64,000 nt of DNA from Hyphochytrium catenoides (GCA_900088475.1 FLMG01003874.1:37967-101966), one strand, 5' to 3'. Positions 1 to 14,100 are shown, counted from the first letter of the stretch. Notes: generated by a model not told the origin, from the letters alone. Program-made: numbers and translations.

Positions 1-230
1 CCTTCAGGTCACTCTCTTTCTTTCTATGACGGCTAGACCAGGCTGGCTGTTCCTCATCAGCACTCTCACTCATTCTCTCACTTCCATAAGGATCGTCCAG
101 TCAGCCAAGGGGTCGTGCCCTACACCAGCAATCTTTTACTCTCTTATCCAACCGGCAAAGGTGGAAGAAGTACCAAAGACTTTCTTTGTCTGTACGGGCT
201 TCCTAGCCGGCTGGTAGAAGCAGAGACAGA

Positions 231-3200
231 ATGCCGCCTCAGAATGAGACTCAGGATGAAGCCCGCGCGGCTGCGGCTGTGCAAATGGCAGCCAAGCGTC
301 TTGTGCGGAGAGGAACCAACTCCTCGGAACTCTCGTTTGGTAACAGAGCTTCTCTGGTCAATCTGCTCTTCCCAACAACACCTGTTCGGGCAGCTAGCAA
401 CGCGCCTGAACCACTGTCTTTTGGACTTTCGCCAGGAAAGAGCATTTTTTTCAACCGAGTGGCTGATCCTGCTGGCATCTATGAGTCCCCAGAAGTGTTT
501 GCCCAATCTCCTCCAAAGCCAAAATTCACCGAAGCAGTACCCGCTGAGCAGAAGCTTGCCAATGCGATCACAGCTAGCGCCCATGTAGCTTATAAACTGA
601 GCGACATCCTCTTTTTATATCCAGCAGCGGCACCGGAATTTGGCGATGAAGCCTTAGGCTGGCAGGAGGAGGGTATTCCTAACGCCTTTGGCTATCCCGG
701 AAAGGTTACTAAAATGCATAGCCGCAATGGCGCTGCGGGGACTGTGCATGGTGCCCTCCTGACGGGCGAGCACGCTTCTGTCCTGTGCTCTGGACAGTCA
801 CTGCCGCTCATGATTCCCTCCATGTACCGGATTGCCAGGTCCAGAATTCCGACGGTCTTTCACGTTGCAGCCGAGAGTACGGAGGACGATTTATCTCTCA
901 TTAACTCTCACGATGACGTGATGGCAGTTCGCCACGCTGGCTTCGCCATGCTCTCCTCGTCGACGCCACAAGAGAGCCATGACCTTTCAGTCATCGCACA
1001 CATTGCATCTCTCCAGCAAAGTTCTCCTTTCCTACATTTCTTTGACGGGAAAACTGCTTCCAAGGAGCTCTCTGCTGTAAAGCTTCTCTCCACAGAGACA
1101 CTGAAGAACATTGCCCAATCTGAAGGGGTACAACGCCACCGCAACAGGCTAGAGACCGGAAACGCTTCTTCTTCAAGCGCAACTTCGTTCCGCGATGCGG
1201 CGCTTGTTCATGACTTGGTATCTTTGATGAACTCTCTAACAAATGTTCTTGGTAAAGAGTACCAGCCGTTTGAGTATCATGGGGCAGCAGATGCTGAGGC
1301 CGTGGTGGTGGTAATGGGAACTGCGGGCGCCGTACTTCACGAGGTGATTGATCATCTCCGCCTTGGAAGGAGAAAATTCGGTTTACTCAAGGTCAGACTG
1401 TTTAGGCCCTGGTCTGCGGAGCACTTCCTGAAAGCCTTGCCTTCCACTGTGCGGCGCATTGCCGTACTCGATCGTTGTGGGGAGTATGCTGGGGAAGCTG
1501 ACCCTCTGTATATGGACGTCCAGTCCTCCATCTCCTCGGCGGATTGGTTTGGCAAGGCACCTCAAGTGGTTGGTGGTCGCTATGGCACTACAAGCGCGGG
1601 GTTTACGGCTGAGATGGCCGCGGCTGTCTTCTCCTACCTCGAAGGCGAAGTTATTGCTCATTCCTTTGCAGTGGGCTTCGAAGATCCTCTGGGCGTTCAC
1701 CTCTCCATTCCCGTTCCCAAGAAGCTAAAGCTAAACGCTCTCTCTAGACACATTGTGCTCTGGGACGAGGTACCGGGCGCCTCTAAGAACAGTGTGCTTG
1801 AGCATCAGGACCTCGTCATGCACCTTCATGAGCACGATGACCTCAGTGTGCAGGGTACTTTTAGCTTGGATAGTAGGAAGGCCTTGGTGGCCAGCAGGAG
1901 CAATCTATCCTTTTATGTGAAGGGAAAGCAGCCCAGCTTCGTTCCAGACGCGGTATACGGAGACCTGGTGGCCTGCGCGTCGGAGTCTTTGCTTGGACTA
2001 TTCGATGTTACTGCTAACCTTAAAAATGGAGGTATTTTTCTCCTAAACAGCTCTGGGGAAGGCGAACTGGAAGATCGGTTCTCCTCCTCTCTCAAGTTCC
2101 AGTTGGCCACTATGCAGGCGCGTGTACTGGTTCTGGATGCGCAAAAGGTGGCTGATGAGTTTGGCTTGAGCGTATCCCGAGTCATGCAGCTTGCAGCCAT
2201 CTCTCTTTTGGATCTTGTAGAGGAGTCAGTGCTAAACGGGCTCATCAGCACTGCAACTCCGGAGTCAGTCCTGCAGCACATTGAAGGCGCACTCATGCCC
2301 GTTCTCTACTCTTCAAAATGGGTGTTACGTGAGGNNNNNNNNNNNNNNNNNNNNNNNNNNNNNNNNNNNNNNNNNNNNNNNNNNNNNNNNNNNNNNNNNN
2401 NNNNNNNNNNNNNNNNNNNNNNNNNNNTTCAAGTCCACCATCTCTTATCTTATTGGAGCTCCCGCCCACTCTGAGGCGAAGACTGCTCGGCGAGCGTTGC
2501 CCCACGAAGCTATCCTGCCAAAGCTGTTCCCAGCTGCTTATGGTGCAAAGGATGGATTTCGTCACAGTGCTACAGCCATTCTTACAGTCACGAAGTGGCA
2601 GCGCCTTACTCCTCTAGATTACGACCGCAACGTCTTCCATATCGAATTTGATACCACAGGCACTGGACTAACCTATAAAATTGGAGAGGCACTTGCTGTG
2701 TATGGCCACAATGACGAGAGAGAAGTTGATAGATTCCTTGAGTTCTATGGCTTGGCCGCTGACGACGTGGTAACCATGCCAAGAGGAAACAAGCAAAAGA
2801 AGGAAGAGCCACTGCCCGGAGAGTCAGAGACGATTCGACATGAAGTTGTAAGCGTTGGGCAGCTCTTTACCCAGGTCTTGGACATCTTTGGCCGCCCACC
2901 TAAGAAGTTCTATGAGGGTCTTGCAGACCATGCAACGGATGAGAAAGAGAAGGAGAAGCTCAACCACATCGTGTCTCCTGAGGGCAAGGAGGAGTTGCAA
3001 AGGAGAATCGAGGAGACCATCACGTACGCTGACCTTTTGAGAGAGTTCCGTTCGGCAAGGCCCTCTTTGGAAGAACTCATCCGTTTAATCAGCCCCATCA
3101 AGCCGCGTCACTACTCTATCGCATCTTCAATGAAGATGAACCCAAATAGCGTGCACCTCTTGATTGTGGTGCATGACTGGAAGACGCCATCGGGGGCATA

Positions 3201-3756
3201 CAAGATCGGCCAATGCACTCGATACCTAAGCAGTCTGCGGGAGGGAGCCAAGGTCTCTGTTGCTGTCTGTTCTTCCGTCATGAAGCTACCGAAGGACCAC
3301 AAGGATCCTATCATCATGGCTGGTTTGGGTACAGGTATGGCACCGTTCCGCGCCTTCATCCAAGAGCGAGCATATTGGAAGGCGCAGGGAGAAGAGGTTG
3401 GTCCGATCTCTCTTTACTTCGGCTCTCGGTACAAGTCCAAGGAGTTCCTCTATGGAGACGAGATGGAGGCGTATCATCGTGAGGGGCTTCTTACCAACCT
3501 GCGCACTGCCTTCTCGCGTGACCAGAAGGAGAAGATTTACATCCAACACCGGATGAATGAGGATGAAGAGCAGCTGGGCGAATATATGACCCAGAGGAAT
3601 GGTCACTTCTATCTCTGTGGCCCCACCTGGCCAGCAAGTGATGTAAAGGACGCAATGGTCCGTGCTCTGGTGGCTGGGGGCATGGTGGAGAAGGAGGCAG
3701 GCGGACATATTGAGGATCTCAAGAACATTGGCCGTTATGTTCTGGAGGTTTATTAG
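231..3756 (+). CDS. MET10: NADPH-dependent sulfite reductase flavoprotein (alpha) subunit, Met10-type: PFOR-like N-terminal domains + FNR-type FAD/NADPH module; spans an assembly gap
   Basis: ORF 231..2474 has PFOR-fold motifs (PFLHFFDG, FEYHG..DAEAVVVVMG, LKVRLFRPW, RRIAVLDR, GGRYG). ORF 2281..3756 has RLTPLDYDRNVFHIEFD, PRHYSIASS, GQCTRYL, MAGLGTGMAPFRAF, LYFGSR, KIYIQH, FYLCGP and ends RYVLEVY as fungal Met10 does. The frame change coincides with the N gap. No introns evident. Confidence 0.85.
2335..2427. other. Assembly gap (93 N) inside the Met10-like CDS
   Basis: Run of N. Confidence 0.99.
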
Positions 3757-3996
3757 AAAGGAGAGACTGTGGATCTCTACTCTTTATGTACGGCAGGGGT
3801 ATCGATGACACATGAACTTAGAGGTGGTAGCTACGCTCAGTCTTTAAATAAATATAACGTCAACATCTCCTATGCCCTTGCCTATCAATCTCCTTAGACT
3901 GCTGTAGCGGTGCGTATATAATTCTAGCCAAGGACCGCTGTCGTGCTACTGACTCTTCCAGCTTGGTAGTTCTCTAGATCCCTTTATGGATCACAC

Positions 3997-6900
3997 TCAA
4001 GCTCGGCGTCGGGTAACAGGAATACCACACGTGACGCAACATATTGGGCCATAGCACCTCTTTGAGATAACCCAAGAGAACTCCTCCCTATTTGCTGTCA
4101 AACGAATGTTACAACGGGTGTGAGAAGTTTTACGAGGTAAATACAGCGGAGAGGCATTATAGGTTGCGTTCAAGGACATACCTTCGCACAGGCCGGCAAG
4201 CGCCCGCCTACCGCAGAGATCGCATGCAAGATGCTCAAACTGCTGGATGGGCAAGAAGGTGAGAAAACAGCGTGTAAGCTTATGTCCGCTCCTGCATGCA
4301 GCCTCGGTAAGGTCCTTGAAAGATAAGGCTTCGTCACAAAGAAAGCAATGAAGAGCTTTTTGTTGGACGTCGAACTTTTCTTTGACCTGGATTATAAGCA
4401 GAAAACACAAAAGGATTGCTTAAGGTGAAAGCCCCACGAAAAGGGAAATGAGCTACAAAGGGTTTCCGACCTCGCCGCATAGAGCTCTGGTGCAGTCTCT
4501 TGATAGCCAGCTGCTGGATTTACCCCCTGATGTTTCGTGAGCAGTTGCCTCAGCTGCCTCGAGCATGAGAGCCATTGCGACTTTCTCTCTCTCGGTCAGC
4601 CTATCGCTTGCTATATTCTGAGCTACCGCTGTTCGTAGGCACTTAATAGCCCAAAAGCGCTGTAGCGTCTGGGATAAGAAGTACAGCCTACGAATGAAGA
4701 GGAAAACAGCGGAGAACCATTAGGCACTGCCAAGAGTGAGCAAGACTAACAACTGTCGGACTTCTGCGGACCTTTCTCTTAAGAGAGTGTTTTTAGGATT
4801 AAGCTTGTACGCCATCATTGCCACTTTATGCGCTATAACCCATCTTAGGAGGTATCTGAACTCTTGTTGCCGTCCTAGTTCTGGTTGCTCATCCTGAGAG
4901 CTCCTATCCTCTGTAAGTTTATCGATTAGCACAGTGCCAAGCAATCCTGCCACTTCACTCTCCTTTAGGGCTTCAGATTCCTGGTTTAACACTTTATTAG
5001 TTTTCCGTGACAACTGGCAACCAAAAGACTCTTCGAAGGGTCAAAGATCGCAGGAGCTGTACGACCCCATGGACTACGCAGAGGAAATATAGAAGAATAG
5101 AAATGAAAAGGGAATGAAAGGGGCTAGACATTAGCCCTAAGGCACCTACGCTATTCTCCAGCTGGTTGACTATATCTTGGTGGACCAGTAACAGAATGTC
5201 CCAAGTCGCAGGCAACGAGTCCGCCTTAGCTAATCCCCATATGTCCGTGACGTCCGCCTGATCTGCTACTAGAGGATCCTTGTCAGCATATCTGATGGTT
5301 ATTGAAGAGAACGGAATTGTGCCAAGAACCAGCAAAGGAACACCGAACACCTAACAGTAAGCCTAGGTATATGGAGATGTACCTGCATTCACCAACTGGA
5401 CTCTATCGATGACTGTTACAAGAGCCTCAAGGACCACTTCGGCCAGTTCCTCACTACCACGAGACTCTAAAGCAGGTCTGATGCTAAGCCTCAATCGCCT
5501 TAGTACGTCACTGAGTTTTGCTTTTATGCTCAGCTGTAGCGGCTTGGGAACGAGGTAGCTAGCCACACTTAGTATTGCGTTGGCGGACAACCCCACTCCT
5601 GTTAGGGAAAAGTCATTGGAGCTGCAGAAGGAAGAATACATCCGGTGCCGCGCAGGCGTTAACAAACTTGATAGCAAAGTGTGGCAACGTGGACTGTAAG
5701 GTTTGCATGGGGAATTGGGCTGTATAGGTTACTGGTCCATGATCCCCTCAATAGAAGGAGACTTAAGAGTATGTGTGGAGGCTAGGCTACCTGGAAAAGG
5801 CCTTCTCCGGAACTCCCTGTGAGATGTCCCAGCTCTTCACTTCTGAATCCAATCCGCAGGTGACGACAGTGGTTTCTTGCACAGCCATGCCTAGCAGTGT
5901 GTACGAACGTTTGCTTCTAGTGAGTACAGCCCAAGAGACATATAGAAGGCCAATAAGCGGGGTGGGCGGCGTAGGCAGGAGTAAGAAGCCCAGGGGACGG
6001 CGCGGGCAAGAAAAAGGAGCAGCATGCTTTGATGAGATCTAGGTAGAAGGTGCATAGACTTACCTGTGATGTTACCGTGATGTGCCATCCAATGACCTTC
6101 GATGACCCCTTCCCCCTCCAAATTTATTATGCCGACATGCCACCCGTAGCTAACAAGCAGTCGGCGAGGCCGACCTTCCGGTGCTTGTACCTGCGCCAAG
6201 GCGAGGGGTGAAGACGGAAGCGTACAGGATAGTCTTCTCAAGGAAACAAGTCCGTAGTGTTGCCTTCCTGTAGGCAGAATAGTGAACATTTTAGCGTCTG
6301 ACCCTGGTCACAACAAGACAGACCGACCAGGATTGACGCGTCGCTCTCCCCAAAGACGGGAAGGACTACAGATCAGACTAGGTAGGACTAGAAGAGAAGG
6401 GGTTGTGGACCTTCAAGGGGAGTCGTCAGCCTCAAGAGCTCCAAATCGCCTGAGCTCCATGCGAGGCAGAGTTCATATGTAGAGGAAGAGTTGTATAAGC
6501 CGTGTACCCAAGTGATAGAGTTTATCCAAGCATCCGACGGAGCAGTGGCCCCCAAGGAGCAGCATGCCGCAATGGAAAGCTTCTCTACTTCTCCTTCCTT
6601 CACTCCCACTGGTCTTGCATGCTGCTCCCATACGGTCACCGTAAGACCTGTGGCCACCGCCAGGAAAGCCACGAGGTCCCCTGTTCGCGAGGGAGCGAGT
6701 TCTAGTCAACATGAGCTCAAGAGGAGAAGTCCATATCCCCTACTCTTACATAGTCTGTGGCCAGCACACTTGCAGAGAGAAGGGATAGGCCTTACCGGAA
6801 GTTGAGCTGACGAGGGAGGGATACCAGGCGTTGCACTGGACTGCAATCAACCGTTTTCTCATAAGATAATCATCGGAATCCGCTGGATTTTGTTATGGCG

Positions 6901-7890
6901 ACGTAGTGCAGCCATCGGGAGTCAAAGGGGCGGAGTTCGAGACAGGGGAGGTACAAACTAAGTTCGTCCGCAGCTGTGTCCCTTCTGATAGCTCATACCG
7001 TTACTCACCTTCCGCTGATCCAGGAAGAAGCGCGCCATCTGCTTCCAGCTGTAACAGAAGCCCCTCATTTAACGCCTGTGTAAGGGTGCACTCTACAGAG
7101 AGAGAGTTGGCGGGAAAATCGTACAGCAGCGCATATCCCCCAGAAGTAACGACACTGAGTCGTCTCTGCCCGTGGCGGCCACAAGCTGCCATAACGAAGC
7201 CCATGAGCGCCTTCACTATATGGCAAAGATAGACACAACTTGAATAGATATATGTAGAGGTCAGGTTGGATGAACAAAGCCAGAAAGGTAAAAGGAGATC
7301 GATGCTTCAGAAGTGTCCCGTTAGCCCATACCTGGAGGGGACCATGCCAATGACATAAATGACGATGCGTCGACGGTGATCTTTGGCAGGCTATGAAGGG
7401 TGGTCATCCGGTCCACTAGAACGTCTACTTTTGATCTCTTCCATTGCCTGATCTTAAGCTATAGCCTAACTTCAGTATTGTGACACAGCTTATAGGACAA
7501 GCAAATGGGATGGTGACCACCTTGGGCTTGAAGACGCCAACAGCCTGCTTGAACGCTTCTGCTATCGGCGTGGTCACAGCTGGATCGGGTAGTGGAATAG
7601 AGTAACGAGAACCTAAACCGCCAACCGCGATACTCTTCTCCAATCTAAGACGAGTCGATTATCAATATAACCATGACGCAGAGCCTAGAAGGGGGCAAAC
7701 GTTTATAAGCTTACGACATAATGTGAATCTCCTCGATGCCATTGACAGCAAGCCAGCCATCCCGAGCAAGCGCCACGCTGTTTGGAAAGTACGACGTGCC
7801 CGTTAACTTCACAACCTCCTCGTTCCTGTCATTAGAAGTGCATTCTAAGTAGTGCAAGACATAGCTTGCCTCTTTTACTCGGACTTACAT
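3997..7890 (-). CDS. General transcription factor IIIC subunit 4 (TFIIIC90/delta)-like, multi-exon; beta-propeller-like N-terminus and C-terminal Cys-rich zinc finger
   Basis: C-terminal CFLC..ACRSGHKLTRCFLTFLPI..CDLCG..CVTCG resembles the zf-TFIIIC pattern. N-terminal FPNSVALARDGWLAVNGIEEIHI resembles the TFIIIC-delta start. A chain of minus-strand exon ORFs with GT-AG introns links them. Internal exon structure not fully resolved. Confidence 0.6.
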
Positions 7891-9337
7891 CTTGACCACC
7901 GAAGCTATCAGGTCATAAAGGCATCATATGGCTATCTCACCACAGAAGGGCCCCATGCAGGATTAGTTGCCTTACAAGGATGCCAGTACGAGGGGAGAAG
8001 TCGCACTCCATTAGACCAAGCAAGGTCCTTTCCTAAGGCAGATAACTTTCTTCGCCACTAGCGCACAGCGCTGCCGCCTGTGACTAGTCTCAGTCCTCTC
8101 TCTCTCCTCCGTCAGGCACTATCTGCTTCGCTCTGGATTTGAGCCCCTAACACGCCTCACAGGCAGCAGATGGCCATCATCTGCAGTGTCACCGTGGAAC
8201 AGCAAGCGTAGGTGGATGACACGTCTTATAATAATATAGGGGTGATGGTGGAGGTCAAGGTAACGAAGAAGGCCAGTGAGTTGTCAAGGAGGTGAGCCTC
8301 CTCCTCCAGAAAGCTTGCTGAGTTTGAAAAAAATTTTGACGTTTGAGTTATCTCAATGACGACAACATTGATGGGTTTATAGAATAATCTCTATAAGTTA
8401 TCTACCCTTCAAAAGCTTGTGAGTTTGTTGGGTAATTGAGTTTGACTTTCAGCACCGATCAGAATCTCTGATCAGGATCTCTACTGTCATCGTTCTTCTC
8501 TTCTTCGGTTCATGACAGATGCTCTCTTGCTGCTCCGCCGTCAGTGGTCGATGCCGCACAACAGTGATCATCCTCCTCTTCTTTCGTCTTTCGGAGACCC
8601 ATCATTCGGTCGACGCGACAGCTTGGCAGCAATCTCAGTCGCTGTTCGATGCCCGTTATAAGGGTGGTCCCGTCATTAGGACTATGTCTGCTCGGCCTAA
8701 CTTTGCTTTGGGTACTTGGAACCAACAATGAGACCTACGAGAAGACACACCTCGTCACAGAGTCCCTCATGGGACCAACCTCATAACGATGACTGAGCAA
8801 GAAAGAACGAGCGATGATTGGGGTTAACGACTTCAAATGTCGTTGCAGCTCATACCACAGAAGAGCTTTGGGATTGTTCTTGATGATATAACCAAGGGAA
8901 TCTCCTAGAAAGCGACGACTAGTCCACTGTCGGAAAAATTGGCCACCCGCATAACTTGGTAAGACCGCTTCTCGTAGAGAGCTAGGACCTTAGAGAAGTT
9001 CGTCGGCGCGGGTTCTCCTCCCTTGTGACGAGAGACATGAGTCCTTTACAATTAAAGTAACTTCTCCAGTTGCCATTCGCAGACCTCGAAGATCGATTGG
9101 CCAGTTAGTTTGACCGTAAGGGATAAAGAAGTAGTGGAGATGATTGATGCTACAAAACCACCAGCGCAGGAGGAGTAGAAGCCTGAGAAGATGAGGAAGA
9201 GTCCGACGAGGTCGAACGAAGAGAAAGTAGTCTTCTCAAAGGAGGCATCCGTCTCCCAAACACGTCAAAGATGGAAGGAACTAGCAATCGAAGATCTAAG
9301 TCAAAGGACGTGGGTCCATAACCTGTCAGCGAAGTGG

Positions 9338-9401
9338 NNNNNNNNNNNNNNNNNNNNNNNNNNNNNNNNNNNNNNNNNNNNNNNNNNNNNNNNNNNNNNN
9401 N
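9338..9401. other. Assembly gap
   Basis: Run of N. Confidence 0.99.
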
Positions 9402-11124
9402 CCTTCCAGAGCAGAGAACGAAGGAGTATAATAGTAGGGAAAATCAAGCACTAAAGAATGTATAAAGAAGAACTGTGCTATCAATAAGTGGCTGCTGATC
9501 AACAGTGGCTCTTGACGATAAGTGACTCTTGAACTCATAAAGTTGATTGACATATAGGCAGCAGCGACGTAAGTGCAAAGCTAAACCTAAGGCCAACAGA
9601 TGCAGCCGCCGCCACAACTGCTGTGCCGGGCGAAGGCGCGATGACCAGGGGATGGCTGTCTGGAGCCTGCTACTATTGAGGAGTGCATTGCACTACCTTC
9701 TCATCAGTACACTATGCCCACGTGGCTACTACTACTAGGGATTGTCTACTTATTATCGCCAGGTCTTGACTTCCATCATAATTAGGTCAGCTGCTCTAAT
9801 GTAGCGCAGGAGAACAAGTGCAATGCCATCCGTCGCTTTTTCTTTGCTTAGTCAGAGCGATCGTTTTGGCTTTGCAGAGTGTCAGAACAAAGGGCCTAGC
9901 GTTTAATCCAGCTCAAGATGGCCTCGTTTGCTTCGGAAGAGAGTAGCCATGTTGCATATTAGCAGGAGGGAGGCGGCTAATGGTGCTCTGGCTTTCGTCC
10001 TACATTATTCTAATCTCCTTGTGGCGTAAGCACAGGCATTTTAATGGAATGGGATGGTGATTTCATCTGCAGGGTAACTATGAATGGTGCTAGTGTTGTG
10101 AACGGTGCTAGTGTCTCTGCATTCCGCACCTCTTGGTGCGTTCGTTTCCAAGTCCCAACTGGACCCTTACGTCAGGGCCACGAATTAGACGGTAAAGTAG
10201 CTCAGAAGCCATCATAGCCAGCCGATAGCCAAAGGAGGGAGAGTTGAGAATGGGAACTAAGGAGCTCTTGACTGCTCCTCCCCAAGCTTCGCTCCCATCA
10301 CCAAGGAGGAGGATGGCTTCAGGTAACAAGCTCGCAGGTCACACCACAACGGCGCCATCACACGAGGATCTCGTCCTCCTAATAGAAGGACCCTAGACAA
10401 CAATCGCCTTGTGGAGCTTCATGAAGGCGGCAACTACGTGGCCGCATCACATTGAGGCGCAGGCGGCGCTGGCAGCATCAGCATGCAGACAAAAAGAGAA
10501 GAAGGAGAAGGAGAGAGGAGGGAAGAGATGTTCACTTGAAGAAACGAGTTTGTTCCCTATCAGCTCAGCCGGCATCTCTTGGCCCGGAATCTCCATATTA
10601 CTACTCATCCTGTTGGAACCGAATATGACTAAGATTAGAGTATGTGGAGTGAAAGTATTTTTTCTCTCTGTCTTTGGAAAGAAGCAAGCAGATACATGAC
10701 CCATCACTGACAGGGCAAAGACAGAGGAGGTGCAGAGATATAGGTCAGGGAGTGTAGCATACACAGACAGAAGAGGTTTTGGCCTATTTAATCCCATAAT
10801 AAGAATCGACCTAGAGAGAACTGGAGATGTATATCTGGTAAAGAAAGAGCATGTTAGAGATACGGGACTAGACATACCGAACTTTCGAACAAGAAAGCTG
10901 CGATTGACCTGTTGTAAGCAGCTCCTGAGTTGTTGCCTTCCACTTACGATCCTTCGTGAGCTGCTAATCTGGGCCTGAGACGTGGTTGCTCACCATTGAC
11001 CCAAGGGAATACAAGTGTGCAAGGAGAAAAAGGAGATCTTTCCTGCTCTATGACGTTATCTTCGCCGTCTAGCAGCTCCTAGAGGCGCGTCGCTTGATTG
11101 CGCCACATATAATAGCCGTCGAGG

Positions 11125-14100
11125 ATGACCAAACTTTTTAGAAAAGCACTCCAGACGCTCCTCTTCGCGCTGCTCCTGATCCATGTGCTCGGCGAAGAGG
11201 AGCCGCGACACGATAAGGATGAAGTTAGCATGTCAGAGAAAGCCTCAGAGAATAATGTCGCTGAGCCATCAAGCCTGAAAGGTGCTACCGTCAAGCTTCA
11301 GCTTAAACTAGACGGGAGCGTAGATGTCGAGAAGTACCAGGAGAGCATCAATCAGCAGCTTCAGCAGCTATTGGAGCAGGCAGGCGGTGGTGCGACGCAG
11401 GTAAGGAGATATCATTATAGGTACTTCTTTATTATTTCAAACTCACCTTCAGGTCCAGACGTTCGATAAGGAGGACGTAGTAAATAAAGTCCTTGAGCTC
11501 GTCAGAAGTATAGGAGCTGCGGACGAAGGGGCAGATCGCGATAACCCAATAACCGTTGAGGGTTTGACGGCCGCTTTAGATGGAGCGGAAGAGATTAGTG
11601 TCGGTGGCCAGCTGAGCCTGACCGTTGATTACGCTGTCAATAGCAGAGAGAGCATCGCCGTCCAGGATATTATGGACGAGATATTCATGGCTGAGAATGC
11701 GACAGAGCTGCTTTTGGAACTAGAAAGATTGGCACGGGAAGGAAATCTGTGAGTCGCTCTGTCGTGCGATTTGAATTATCCTAGAGCGTTAACGTACTTT
11801 CTATAGCTTCGCCAAGATGGAAATGGGAGTGCTGGGCCTGTTGGGTGCTAGAAGTCTGCCTCACATTAGTGATGCGGACTACCTAGATATGCTTCTCGAC
11901 GCCGCTGAGAATGGCATGGTTGGAGCTTCGCGGACGCTAGGCATAATGACAGTGGCGAACATGCTTGCACCCAATTACCTGACCTCTGATCTGGACACTA
12001 CTGCACGAGAAGTAGGCACAAAGTCCTTTTGCTTTTCTATCTCTCTTCATACTTGAGACTGCGGTTACCTCTTCCCTTGCTTTGGCGGTCAACCCCCAAA
12101 AGCTCAGAGCCTGCTTTCCCTACTGCAGTATATAACGACAGCAGCGGAGGCAGGGGATCTGCCTGCGACTTTGATGCTGGGATACTGGACGTTCTATGGC
12201 CTTCATGGTGTTAAAGGCGATTGTCAAGCTGCTTGGGGTCACTATGAGAAGATTGCGCTCGCAGTATTGGAGAGTCTATATGGCCAAGGCCCACAGAGTG
12301 ACTCAAGTGAGGTTTACGTCGAGCATGAAGGCCAATATGGTAGGTGTCGTGACGATTGTATGCTGCCTGTGATGTTCGACCAATAAAACAGACAATTGCA
12401 CCAGGCTCGGCTTGGATCGAGAGTCCAATTACTGGGCATGAAGTTCAATACTACGAAGAGCTTGCGGAACGCGCAAATGACCCGGACGCTGCAGCTATTC
12501 TGGGTGAGATATACTACTTTGGCCTAGAAGATGCTGGCGTTCGACAGGACCTAGGACGAGCGGTTCGTTATTTTCGCCGGGCTGCGAATCAAGGTCACCC
12601 AGCTGCACAGGCCAACCTAGGGCTCCTCCACGCCAAGGTGACTCAAAGTCAAGGCAGGCTTGATGTGTATCCTGTTAACTGTCACTGAAATAGGGCCAGG
12701 GAGTAGAGGCTGATCCGCATGAAGCCGTGAGGCTTTTTAACGCCAGCGCCGATTCTGGAAATGCCCTGGCTAAGAATGGTCTGGCGTATATGTAAGACAA
12801 TTCAGCATGTGTTGGAAGCTACTCGATGGTTACTAGCAAGGCCATAGGTATCTGGATGGCCTTGGCGTCCCCAAGAATCAGACAAAAGCTGTAGAGTTAT
12901 TCAAGGAGGCAGCCGAGCTTGGGCAGCCAGACGCACTGTATACCCTTGGAGTGTTGCATATGACGGTAAACGCTTACGTATTTGGTGAAGACGGTGCCTT
13001 TGGTGCTCATTGCATCGGTGCAGGGGCGTGGCTTACCAATGGACCTGGATTTAGCGTATCATTACTTCGAGGCATCTGCTAGATCTGGCTCTACTCAAGG
13101 AGCCGTAAATGCAGCCACCCTAGAGATGCAGGGGTTGGGCACGTGTGAGAGTGCTGTGGAGAGGTAGGATAGTTGTGCACGCTACTATGGCTAGGAGAAG
13201 TGCTACCGATTAATCTCTGTATTCCTCTTCTCTCTGGCTGAACTCCCCAAATGCAGGCTGATTGAGGTCGTTCGACGATCGCCAGTGCTGACGGAACTTC
13301 CGTACCCTAAGTCCTTAGCCTTAGAGCTCTATCGCGTAGGAGATTACACGGCTGCGCTCAGAATTTACGCCGCTCAAGGGGCGCTGGGCGATGCCGTGTC
13401 GCAACAGAATGCTGCCTACATGCTCCGGTTGCGAAAAGGGATCATGAATTATAGGTACCTGGAAGTTAGTCTACTGCGCGAGATTGCAAGTTCTCATTTA
13501 CTCCTTCAGAGTTGCCTGGGAAGAAACTTCGGCTCTCGTAGAAGACGGGCAGGAGGATGAGCAGGAATGTCTGTGGTGCGACAGTCAGGCATTTCTTTTT
13601 TACGAAAAAGCAGCCCGTCAAGGCCAAGCTCAGGCTAGCAGGCACCTTGCCGAGTGCTACAGCACTGGCTGGTCTGGAATCTGCGAGCAAAACTTCACCA
13701 AATCCGCCTTTTATTATGATGCTGCGGCGGAGTCTGGAGATGCACACGCCATAACAGACGCGCTATTCCTCCACCTAGGCCTCTCAAAGCTACCATCCAA
13801 TTTGACTAGAGCCAAGGTGAGCCTCGGAGAGCACAAGGCATTTCGACATCTTTAGTTGAGACTGTGTCACACGTTACCAATTGATGCTCCGTCCGCTCGT
13901 TTTACCCTGCACTCCATCGCCAGGAGCTGACAAGGATTTGCACTGAACTTAATTATCCGGAGAACGTCCCGTGCCTTTTTCTCTTCCCGCTGGTAGACGG
14001 TGCATTGGGATTAGCATGGCTTCTCAGAAAGCTACAGGGCATCAAGGATATAAACCTCCTGCAGTCCTGTGGAAACCTGGAGTGGATAATGGACGCTGTT

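Noticed and set aside
2281-2474. Apparent frameshift or pseudogene in the Met10-like gene
   Set aside because: The frame change falls exactly in an N gap of estimated length, and both flanks are stop-free
231-2474. Call as active pyruvate:ferredoxin oxidoreductase / PNO
   Set aside because: The catalytic Glu motif is altered, no 4Fe-4S or TPP-binding domain is visible, and the C-terminus is Met10-like
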